DNA of 13,732 nucleotides from Bdellovibrionota bacterium FG-2. GTDB lineage: Bacteria; Bdellovibrionota; UBA1018. Location of the stretch: the NCBI GenBank assembly GCA_051382305.1, contig JBBCAV010000241.1, positions 1 through 13,732 on the forward strand. Reading direction: 5' to 3'. Of the stretch, positions 1-6,988 are shown one piece after another; position 1 is the stretch's first letter; every line of letters starts with the position of its first letter. The notes below the pieces were generated by a model, which ran no database searches, had not been told where the DNA came from, and saw nothing but the letters and a program-made list of their open reading frames with translations. A program made the position numbers and the translations under genes.

Positions 1-205
1 AAGCTACCCCACGCGCTACCTCTCGCTCAGCGAGCTCATGAACCGTCTGTGCTGTTTTAGCGTCTAGAGATGCCTCGCCACAATTTTCACAAACAAGAGC
101 AGGAACCGATTCAATCACAACAACGCTTCGTCCTCGTCGCAAGGTTAAATCAGTTGTTCCGGATTTCATTGTGCCACGACACAAAACACAGATAGGGGTA
201 TTCAT
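1..205 (-). CDS. YgiT-type zinc finger protein (MqsA-family antitoxin-like), 3' end runs off the window
   Basis: Not in the ORF track; hand translation from ATG at 205 gives MNTPICVLCRGTMKSGTTDLTLRRGRSVVVIESVPALVCENCGEASLDAKTAQTVHELAEREVARGVA..., with CxxC...VPALVCxxCGE typical of YgiT/MqsA zinc fingers. The ATG overlaps the upstream gene's TGA (ATGA, 202-205). Confidence 0.9.
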   Translation of the reverse strand, partial: MNTPICVLCRGTMKSGTTDLTLRRGRSVVVIESVPALVCENCGEASLDAKTAQTVHELAEREVARGVA

Positions 206-489
206 GGAGAGCCTCTTTTTTTTCGACGGATATAAAAATCTAAGGACCAAAGAGTCGGATCAGGAATATACGCGGTGATGACGTGAATTGAATCCGCTGT
301 TTCAGCGACGACAATGTGAATTACCTTGTCGTCGCTCCGTCCCACCCTCAGTTCTGACGGGAAGGGTTTGTCATCGGGATAGGTCTCTATGATTTTCGAG
401 GACAAAAATACATCTTCGCATTCGCGGGGTGATATTGCTCTCTCAAACATTCGTTGAAAAGCATGTGCTGTAAAACGAAGTGGCTTCAT
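202..489 (-). CDS. DUF4258 domain protein (putative RelE-like toxin of DUF4258/YgiT pair)
   Basis: Motifs FTAHAFQRMFERAIS, IIETYPDDKPFPS, IHIVVA and VITAYIPDPTLW are characteristic of DUF4258. GGAG lies 10 nt before the ATG, and the gene is coupled to the YgiT gene. Confidence 0.88.
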   Translation of the reverse strand: MKPLRFTAHAFQRMFERAISPRECEDVFLSSKIIETYPDDKPFPSELRVGRSDDKVIHIVVAETADSIHVITAYIPDPTLWSLDFYIRRKKRGSP

Positions 490-531
490 GAAAGAGGGTC
501 TCCGAAGTGCGTACGACTATTCGCATCTAAG

Positions 532-560
532 AGTATATAAAGAAGAGGTAAGGAATGCAA
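532..560 (-). promoter_or_regulatory. sigma70-type promoter for DUF4258-YgiT operon
   Basis: Minus strand TTGCAT (560-555) - 17 nt - TATACT (537-532). Confidence 0.7.
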
Positions 561-606
561 ATTCTCTGCGTTGTTCGGTATTACAATGTATCCGAGGTGG
601 TTATAG

Positions 607-647
607 TTGCAATTTAGACATTATTATTCTATATTGAGACTCAATAT
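607..647 (+). promoter_or_regulatory. sigma70-type promoter with overlapping palindromic operators upstream of AAA ATPase
   Basis: TTGCAA (607-612) - 17 nt - TATATT (630-635). Inverted repeat CAATTTAGA-N9-TCTATATTG (610-636, one mismatch) and perfect palindrome ATATTGAG-A-CTCAATAT (631-647). Confidence 0.65.
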
Positions 648-1818
648 GGAGATTGTTGGTCGATTTTGTAAGATCCCAAAGACCCAGTCCTTTTTCCTCT
701 TTGGACCGCGCGGCACCGGGAAAACTCGTTTTCTAGAGAAGCAGTTTCCTCAGGCGCTCTTCATTGATCTTTTGTTACCGCAGGAGTTTGCCCGCTTTAC
801 GGCCAGACCAGAATCACTCATTGCGATGGTTGAGGGGAATGTGCGCGCAGGAAAGTTTCTTAACGTCGTGATTGATGAAGTGCAAAAAGTGCCCTCGCTC
901 CTTAGTGTCGTTCATTCGATTCTTGAGAAGCCAGTGGGTCGAAACGTACGCTTTATTCTTACGGGATCCTCGAGTAGGAAACTCAAGGCCGTAGGGGCTG
1001 ATTTGCTCGCGGGGAGAGCGTTAACTTTAGAGATGCATCCTTTCATGGCCGCAGAACTTGGGTCGACTTGGAGTCTCAAGAAAGCGATGGAGATCGGAAT
1101 GCTTCCCGTTGTTTGGGGAGGAGAAGATCCACGAAGTGTGCTGCGAGCCTACCTTGGCACGTATCTCAAAGAAGAGGTCTTGCAGGAGCGTTTGGTGAGA
1201 AACTTGGAAAGCTTCTCTCGTTTCTTGGAAGCCATAAGCTTTTCGCAAGGATCAGTACTTAACGTGAGTGCCATGGCGCGTGATGCGCATGTGGGCCAGA
1301 AAACCGCTGAAGGGTACCTTGAGCTCATCGAAGATCTCCTGATTGGAAAACGGCTCGAAGTTTTCAGGAAAAAGGCCAAGCGCGAACTGAGCGCGCACTC
1401 GAAGTTTTATTTTTTTGATGCGGGTGTTTTTCGGGCGGCGCGACCGTTGGGTCCGCTGGACGAGCCCGGCGCAATTGGGGGCGTGGCACTGGAGACCTTG
1501 GTGTATCAACATCTTCGTGCGTGGATTGCCTATCGCGATCCTAGCCTTTCGTTGCACTATTGGCGCACTCGATCCGATGTCGAGGTTGATTTTGTTGTCT
1601 ACGGGCAGGATACGTTTATGGCGCTAGAGGTTAAGCATTCGACTCGGATTCGCATGGAAGATCTGCGAGGGTTGCGCGCATTTAAAGAGGACTACCCCGA
1701 GGCAAAGGTTATGTTTCTCTATCTGGGGAGCCGCCAAGAAACTCACCACGGAATTGCCTGTGTGCCGCTTGAACAGTTTCTGCTGCGGCTTGATCCGTTC
1801 ATGTCTTTATCTTCATGA
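646..1818 (+). CDS. AAA+ ATPase, AAA_14 + DUF4143 family, with HTH-like segment and C-terminal PD-(D/E)XK-like motif
   Basis: Walker A GPRGTGKT, Walker B VVIDEVQ, LTGSS, LAGRA, HTH-like LNVSAMARDAHVGQKTAEGYLELIED, KFYFFDAG, YWRT-x3-EVDFV...ALEVK. ATG 646 is preferred over TTG 607 because 607-635 is the promoter. Confidence 0.92.
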   Translation: MEIVGRFCKIPKTQSFFLFGPRGTGKTRFLEKQFPQALFIDLLLPQEFARFTARPESLIAMVEGNVRAGKFLNVVIDEVQKVPSLLSVVHSILEKPVGRNVRFILTGSSSRKLKAVGADLLAGRALTLEMHPFMAAELGSTWSLKKAMEIGMLPVVWGGEDPRSVLRAYLGTYLKEEVLQERLVRNLESFSRFLEAISFSQGSVLNVSAMARDAHVGQKTAEGYLELIEDLLIGKRLEVFRKKAKRELSAHSKFYFFDAGVFRAARPLGPLDEPGAIGGVALETLVYQHLRAWIAYRDPSLSLHYWRTRSDVEVDFVVYGQDTFMALEVKHSTRIRMEDLRGLRAFKEDYPEAKVMFLYLGSRQETHHGIACVPLEQFLLRLDPFMSLSS

Positions 1819-1897
1819 TTTTAAAAAATATTGTGCACTCAGCCCCATGGGTTTAGTCTTTCAAAATGAATCATGCTGCGCTAAGGTGAAACCACTT

Positions 1898-3643
1898 ATG
1901 CTGAAACAAAGACTTCCGTTTACGCGAAACACGTATTTTCGTTTTTTTGCCTCTGTAAAATTCGCAATCATTGCGCTGTTTGCCTTTGTGGCAGCCATGG
2001 TCTACGGCACTTTTGCTGAGAGCATTTACGGAACCGAGTACGTCGGTAAAGCGGTTTACTACACGTGGTGGTTTTACGCGATTGAAGGAGCGCTTTCGGT
2101 CAGCATTGTTTTTGCGGTCTTGGATCGAATTCCGCTTAAGAAAAGATTGATCGGTTTTTATCTGATCCACTTGTCTTTTGTGCTCTTACTCGTGGGTGCG
2201 GTTCTCACGCGCTACTTTGGGATTGATGGATCGATCACCCTCCCGCCGGGCGAATATCGCTCTAACGTACGTCTCAATGAAGACGTGCTCTACCTTTCGG
2301 ATGGTAAAGATGAACAGTCGTTTCGTATGCCCACGGCCGTAAGTGCCGTTGAGCTTGATCAGGTCGCGTTTTTTTCGGACAAGAGTCAGGTGAAGTTGAT
2401 TCGGTTTTTACCTTTTGCAAAAGAGGGACATTCGTTTCGCCCCGAGCCGGGCTTTTGGATTTCGGAATGGCTGGTTAAGAACGATCGCTTTGAACAGCGG
2501 CTTTCGCTTGCCAATCGTCCGGGCACTTCGGTTCCTATGGGTGGAGACTTAGGCCCTCTTCGAATGGAAGTTTTGCAGCCCGCCTATTTTGCAACGCTTG
2601 AGAAAATTTTGGGATCGGCAAGTGAGTCCGCGCATTTTGTTTTGATGAACACCGCTACGGGATTTTCGAAGGGGTTTGCGGAAGTTGCATCGACTCAAAA
2701 GTTCTCCGTTGGAGCGGGTGACGCAGTTTTGTCTCCTGCCAAAATTCCGGATGCTGCCCCGGGGGCTGAAAAGATCGAGGGCTATGAGCTAAAAGTCGGC
2801 GATACGCTGTTTAGCTTTTTTCCCAAATTTTCATCAGCGCCCATCACCAAACACATGGAGGCCGATGAGTCTTCAGTCTGGCGGTTTGTCGATGTCTCGG
2901 CTTTGCGGGCGAAAAACACCGTATTTGTCACGCGTGAGGACGCGGGGGGGGTTCGTATCGGCTTTGGAAAGGGCCCGAAGTGGAGTTTCTCCAAATTTGA
3001 TGGCAAAACTATCGCTCTACCCTGGATGGGGCTTAAGGTTGATCTCTTAGGGCAGCAAGTGGATCAGGTGCCCGTGATGGCGTATGAAGAGGGGACGCCG
3101 AGTAAAGAAGATGGCAGGAATTTTAAAGCGATCTTGGCGCGGCTAGAAAAAGACGGACGCACTGAGGATTTGTGGATCACCAATCGCGAACGCGGGGAGT
3201 TTCAATCGAATCACGTGATCGCTCAACTGGGGCAGGCCGAAGTATTGCTCCCCTTTGAAATGATGCTGGATCACTTCAAAATGGAGCAGGTCCCGGGTAC
3301 GGATCGGCCGGCAAGTTACGAATCGTTTGTGCGAATCAAGGGTTCAGTTCCTGGGCTTCAGGCGGGGCTCACCGATGGCAATATGGTTCATATTTTTATG
3401 AATAACCCGCTTAAAGCCGCGGGCTATACGTTTTATCAGGCTTCTTATTTTCAAGATGAGAATACGGGTCAGTATTCTTCTGTTTTATCCGTTAACAGAG
3501 ATCCGGGGCGTGGCGTGAAGTACGGCGGCTCCCTTGTTATGGTTTTGGGATTGATTCTGCATTTCTTGATTATTTATGGCTACATCAAGTTTGACGGCGT
3601 TTCAGCAAAGGCTGCGACCAAGGCCGCGAAAGGAAAAGGTTGA
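1898..3643 (+). CDS. resB: ResB/CcsB-like cytochrome c biogenesis protein (System II)
   Basis: N-terminal FASVKFAI..GTFAES..VYYTWWF; third TM helix with conserved His (GFYLIHLSFVLLLVGAVLTRY); C-terminal LPF..LDHF..YPG-like..ASYES..IFMNNPL...GYTFYQASY..SVLSVNRDPG plus a TM helix. ATG 1898 has AAGGTG upstream; the ORF-track start at 1754 overlaps the ATPase gene. Confidence 0.88.
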   Translation: MLKQRLPFTRNTYFRFFASVKFAIIALFAFVAAMVYGTFAESIYGTEYVGKAVYYTWWFYAIEGALSVSIVFAVLDRIPLKKRLIGFYLIHLSFVLLLVGAVLTRYFGIDGSITLPPGEYRSNVRLNEDVLYLSDGKDEQSFRMPTAVSAVELDQVAFFSDKSQVKLIRFLPFAKEGHSFRPEPGFWISEWLVKNDRFEQRLSLANRPGTSVPMGGDLGPLRMEVLQPAYFATLEKILGSASESAHFVLMNTATGFSKGFAEVASTQKFSVGAGDAVLSPAKIPDAAPGAEKIEGYELKVGDTLFSFFPKFSSAPITKHMEADESSVWRFVDVSALRAKNTVFVTREDAGGVRIGFGKGPKWSFSKFDGKTIALPWMGLKVDLLGQQVDQVPVMAYEEGTPSKEDGRNFKAILARLEKDGRTEDLWITNRERGEFQSNHVIAQLGQAEVLLPFEMMLDHFKMEQVPGTDRPASYESFVRIKGSVPGLQAGLTDGNMVHIFMNNPLKAAGYTFYQASYFQDENTGQYSSVLSVNRDPGRGVKYGGSLVMVLGLILHFLIIYGYIKFDGVSAKAATKAAKGKG

Positions 3644-3645
3644 TC

Positions 3646-5196
3646 ATGAAAAATTCAGCACTTCGTTTTATTTTACTCTTAGGTTTTGGGTTCGCTTCAG
3701 TGGGCTCTTCAGCGCGTGCTGCCGATTTTTGCTTGAATCCGGCCCTCGAAGAGCAGCCGATTCTGGCGGATGGACGGGTCACGCCGCTAAAGTTTCATGC
3801 GGAGCGAGTGAAGAAGTTCTTGTTTCCTGCCAAGGCGTGCTCCGAAATTTCTGCTACGGCCTTGTTCTGCTATTTGAGTTTCAATCAGCGCGCCGAAGTC
3901 GTGCAGAAAAACAAGTGTCAGCTCAACTTAAAAGTAGAGCATGAAAAGACGCTGGAACTTTTGGGTTTGACCCGTGAGGATAAAAGCGTCTCCCCTGAGG
4001 CGGCCCAGGCCGCGCGCGAGAAGTTGGTTAATACGATTCAAGGGCTTCAACAAAAAGGGCAAGAAAACTCAGGGTTTGGTGCAGATATCGGAAGCCTCTT
4101 GGGGCGCATGGAAAAGCTGAGCTCTATTGAAAGTGGAATGGAGTGGCGGATTCTCACCGATAATCATCAGTGGATTGATCTTAAAGGGTTGCAAGGGAAG
4201 CTCGCGGGGCTCCCTGAACTCGAAGCCGCGCTCGTGGGCAGTCTAGGTCGCGCGACTGAGGAGGAGGTCAAATCACTGAAACTTGAATCGCTGTACGAGC
4301 GCACGAAACCATTTTCGTTTGCCATCTTGATTTGTCTTTTTGGCTTCCTGTTTTCGATCTTGGCCGTGAATTTGCCAAAATTTACGGTTTGGGCCGCTTC
4401 GAGTTTTATCCTGCTCATTGGTCTTGAAATTTACGGCATGATTCTTCGAGTGATGGTTTCTGGGCGCGCGCCGGTCACCAATATGTATGAGACGGTCATG
4501 TTTAGCGGGTTTGGAATTTTCACTTTGAGCATCGTTTTGGGACTTAAGCTCAAAGACAAGCGGATCTGGGCCGTAGGTTTTGCGGGGAACTCAATTTGTC
4601 TGTTTATGATGACTTTTGCCTCGAAAATGCTCGATAGCTCGATTCAACCTCTCGTTCCTGTACTGCGGGATAACTTTTGGTTGAGCACTCACGTTACGAC
4701 GATCACGCTCTCTTATGCATGTCTCGCGCTGAGTTGGTTTATCGCGAATTTCGTTTTGGTGCGCTATCTGCTCGGGACTCGCGATGCCGCCTCGATTGAT
4801 CGTTGGAACTATGTCGCTCGCCTTGCGATGCAAATCGGGTCAGTCTTCTTGGCGGCTGGAATCATCTTGGGCGGCATCTGGGCGGATTATTCTTGGGGGC
4901 GTTTCTGGGGTTGGGATCCTAAAGAGACCTGGTCTTTGATCGCACTCGTCGTTTACATCGCGATCCTGCACGGACGTCACGTGGGCTGGTTCAAGGGTCT
5001 TAACTTCACGCTCATGGGTGGTTTTGGCTTTTTGTTTGTGCTCATGGCCTGGTTTGGCGTGAACTACATTTTGGCGGTGGGCCTCCATAGCTACGGATTT
5101 AGTTCCGGCGGCGCGGCGTTTTTGATTTCCATCTTTATTGCGGAGCTTGCGCTGCTGCTGGGGACTTACGCGGTGGCGAGACGAGCGAGCCTGTAG
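3646..5196 (+). CDS. ccsA: CcsA/ResC cytochrome c synthase subunit with N-terminal signal peptide and periplasmic domain
   Basis: WWD domain WADYSWGRFWGWDPKETW (4879-4932); SGRAPVTNMYE; PLVPVL..WLSTHV; ILHGR; GLHSY. Starts 2 nt after the resB stop. Confidence 0.93.
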   Translation: MKNSALRFILLLGFGFASVGSSARAADFCLNPALEEQPILADGRVTPLKFHAERVKKFLFPAKACSEISATALFCYLSFNQRAEVVQKNKCQLNLKVEHEKTLELLGLTREDKSVSPEAAQAAREKLVNTIQGLQQKGQENSGFGADIGSLLGRMEKLSSIESGMEWRILTDNHQWIDLKGLQGKLAGLPELEAALVGSLGRATEEEVKSLKLESLYERTKPFSFAILICLFGFLFSILAVNLPKFTVWAASSFILLIGLEIYGMILRVMVSGRAPVTNMYETVMFSGFGIFTLSIVLGLKLKDKRIWAVGFAGNSICLFMMTFASKMLDSSIQPLVPVLRDNFWLSTHVTTITLSYACLALSWFIANFVLVRYLLGTRDAASIDRWNYVARLAMQIGSVFLAAGIILGGIWADYSWGRFWGWDPKETWSLIALVVYIAILHGRHVGWFKGLNFTLMGGFGFLFVLMAWFGVNYILAVGLHSYGFSSGGAAFLISIFIAELALLLGTYAVARRASL

Positions 5197-5295
5197 CGCG
5201 ACAGGAGTGCTCGCGTCATGATTATATAGCTGAAATTATTAGATATCTTATTTGCGAATAAGGGCTTCATATGCAGGTCGGCGGTTTTTCTTGTT

Positions 5296-5330
5296 TTGGA
5301 ATGTGGACAACTTGTGCTACTCTTGTAGAT
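5296..5330 (+). promoter_or_regulatory. extended -10 promoter with operator-like palindromes for phd-vapC (probably leaderless)
   Basis: TG-C-TACTCT (5315-5323) lies 7 nt before ATG 5331; weak -35 TTGGAA (5296-5301). Palindromes ACAA-C-TTGT (5307-5315) and CTAC-TCTT-GTAG (5317-5328). No Shine-Dalgarno sequence. Confidence 0.55.
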
Positions 5331-5606
5331 ATGAAGTCTATAAAGATCGCAAATCTAAAACAGAATTTTTCACGCTACCTTCGAATGGTTCGCAAGGGTG
5401 AAAGCATCACGGTGATGGATCGTTCAGAGCCGGTGGCGGAATTGATTCCGATTCGAGACAAAGACGCTTCGGCGCATGACCGATTGGTGCGGGAAGGAAA
5501 AATTCGTCCTGCAACTTCGTCAAGGGATGGCCTTGAGATTAAGAAGTTGGGGAGAAAATTTGAGTTTTTGGATCTGCTCATTCAAGTGAGAGAGGATTCG
5601 CGGTGA
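5331..5606 (+). CDS. vapB: Phd/YefM family antitoxin (VapB-type)
   Basis: MKSIKIANLKQNFSRYLRMVRKGESITVMDRSEPVAELIP is a classic Phd N-terminal DNA-binding domain. GTGA overlap with the PIN gene. Confidence 0.9.
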   Translation: MKSIKIANLKQNFSRYLRMVRKGESITVMDRSEPVAELIPIRDKDASAHDRLVREGKIRPATSSRDGLEIKKLGRKFEFLDLLIQVREDSR

Positions 5607-6037
5607 AGCGGCCCGGAAGTAATAGAGGACACTATCTTGATTCGAGTGTCGTGCTCGCCGCCCTCTTGGGCGAAAAAGATACGGAGAGTCTTCGACTGCT
5701 TGATACACACGCCTATTGCTCTGAAATCACCCTGGTCGAAGTGGCGCGCACTTTGGAGCGCGCGCGGTTAACCCAGCGCTTGAGCGATGCCGAGTTTTCA
5801 CTCAAGACGAAAGAAAGTGTTGATCTCCTTGCAACGTTTAACCTCGTACCGGTTTCAAGCGAGATTATTCAGCTTGCGAAATCGGCCTATCCGATAGCCG
5901 TGCGTGCCCTCGATGCGGTTCATGTGGCAACGGCGGAGTGGCTAAGGACTGCCCTGGCTGAAAAGATCATATTTTGGACCTACGACCACAGGCAAGCTGA
6001 GGCGGCACAATCGCGGGGGCTGGATATTCGACAATAG
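5603..6037 (+). CDS. vapC: VapC PIN-domain ribonuclease toxin
   Basis: PIN acidic residues in YLDSSV, ITLVEV, ALDAVHVATA and TYDHRQAEAA. GAGGA upstream; coupled to the Phd antitoxin. Confidence 0.92.
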   Translation: MKRPGSNRGHYLDSSVVLAALLGEKDTESLRLLDTHAYCSEITLVEVARTLERARLTQRLSDAEFSLKTKESVDLLATFNLVPVSSEIIQLAKSAYPIAVRALDAVHVATAEWLRTALAEKIIFWTYDHRQAEAAQSRGLDIRQ

Positions 6038-6039
6038 TC

Positions 6040-6086
6040 TTGCGTTTGGTCGTACTAAACGCAAAACTGTTAGCGTTTGGTTCGAC
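6040..6086. repeat. inverted repeat / hairpin plus third direct copy of GCGTTT(G/A)GT between convergent genes
   Basis: TTGCGTTTGGT-CGT-ACTAAACGCAA (6040-6064), then GCGTTTGGT again at 6073-6081. Confidence 0.7.
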
Positions 6087-6115
6087 TGTCGCTTAATGGT
6101 GTTGAAGGGGGGTGC

Positions 6116-6892
6116 TTAGTGGGGTTGGGCTTCTTTGAAAGTTTTCATTACCCATTTTGCGAAATCCTGTGCCGCTTTCGGTCCTTTTGAGTCGGGATTG
6201 GCGATAAGAAACTCACTTAAATAATCTGCAAACAGTTTTTTTGGTAATGCAACTAGCACTTTCTCGCGGCCCAGAGGGATTGCAATCTCGTAGTCTATCG
6301 TTTCAAAAGGAAACCAGCCCTCAATAAGTGCTGTTTCAGCAGATTCATTGCCAGTACGCAGAGTTTTTCCAATAAATTCCGGCCTATTTACCTTCGAGCC
6401 TACTCGAACTTGTAAGTCGTTTGCGGACAGATTTTGTACCAATATTAACACGTAGTCTTCGTTGCCCCCGCTATTCCACCGAAAAGCTCTAAGTGGGTCG
6501 GGAGTACAATAGACCAATCCCTCCGACCAAGATCCAATGACTCCTGGCTGATAAGGCTGAGTAATGGAGCGAAATAGGAATAGGTCCCCTTTAGAGTCAA
6601 CTACATCTTGGATTGTTAAACCTGACAGGTTTTTGGGTTGAACGTTTCGCCTGTCTCCCCCTTCGAAATTCCAATAACTTGACTCGGGTGTTGCAAGAAA
6701 ACGGTCGTTATCAAAATGATAGGCATCTATCAGTGAGGGACTTGTTGGTGCCCCATTTCGAGCAACGGTTAACATTCGGTGAAGCTCATCGGTTAAGCAG
6801 CCCGTTTTCGGGGCGGAACCGTTTCCATTCGCGAGAACTGGTAAGATCGCACTCCCCAAGATCATGAGACAAAGAAATAGAGTAGACCGCAC
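6116..6892 (-). CDS. hypothetical secreted protein, possible ADP-ribosyltransferase fold
   Basis: Long open frame. A GTG start at 6892 gives a Sec-like signal MRSTLFLCLMILGSAILPVLA (alternative ATG 6865). Motif order LFLFRS / VYCTPDPLRAFRW / YVLILV / DYEIAIP. The function call is tentative. Confidence 0.7.
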   Translation of the reverse strand: MRSTLFLCLMILGSAILPVLANGNGSAPKTGCLTDELHRMLTVARNGAPTSPSLIDAYHFDNDRFLATPESSYWNFEGGDRRNVQPKNLSGLTIQDVVDSKGDLFLFRSITQPYQPGVIGSWSEGLVYCTPDPLRAFRWNSGGNEDYVLILVQNLSANDLQVRVGSKVNRPEFIGKTLRTGNESAETALIEGWFPFETIDYEIAIPLGREKVLVALPKKLFADYLSEFLIANPDSKGPKAAQDFAKWVMKTFKEAQPH

Positions 6893-6943
6893 ATGGTCTC
6901 TTCGGCGCGTTTGAGGCCGACATTTAAAACCTTTTTCAAGACA

Positions 6944-6974
6944 AAAAGCGGAGCGGCACTCGATTGACAGCCGC
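6944..6974 (-). terminator. possible weak intrinsic terminator after DUF503 gene
   Basis: Minus strand GCGGC-N12-GCCGC followed by TCCGC-TTTTT. The U-tract is offset from the stem, so support is weak. Confidence 0.25.
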
Positions 6975-6988
6975 ATTATCTAGGCCCC

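Noticed and set aside
443-526. 27-codon minus-strand ORF (MRIVVRTSETLFHEAT...) starting near the predicted TSS and overlapping DUF4258 out of frame
   Set aside because: The ATG is only 5 nt from the -10, so it may not be inside the transcript. No homology evidence, and DUF4258 already has a normal N-terminus.
1754-1897. Cys-rich N-terminal extension of ResB in the ORF track
   Set aside because: Overlaps the ATPase gene and the intergenic region. ATG 1898 has an RBS-like sequence and matches the family start.
5217-5262. AT-rich stretch with palindrome CTTATT-TGCG-AATAAG and a loose IHF-like site
   Set aside because: Short AT-rich arms and several mismatches to the IHF consensus; could be chance.
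6040-6086. Repeats considered as a CRISPR remnant or integron attC site
   Set aside because: The units are only 9-11 bp, with no spacer periodicity, no cas or integrase gene, and no RYYYAAC...GTTRRRY boundaries.
6964-6969. Perfect TTGACA on the plus strand, antisense to DUF503
   Set aside because: No -10 element at 16-18 nt spacing.
6893-6976. Upstream extension of the secreted protein to ATG 6976
   Set aside because: Would bury the signal peptide behind 28 residues and spans the possible terminator.
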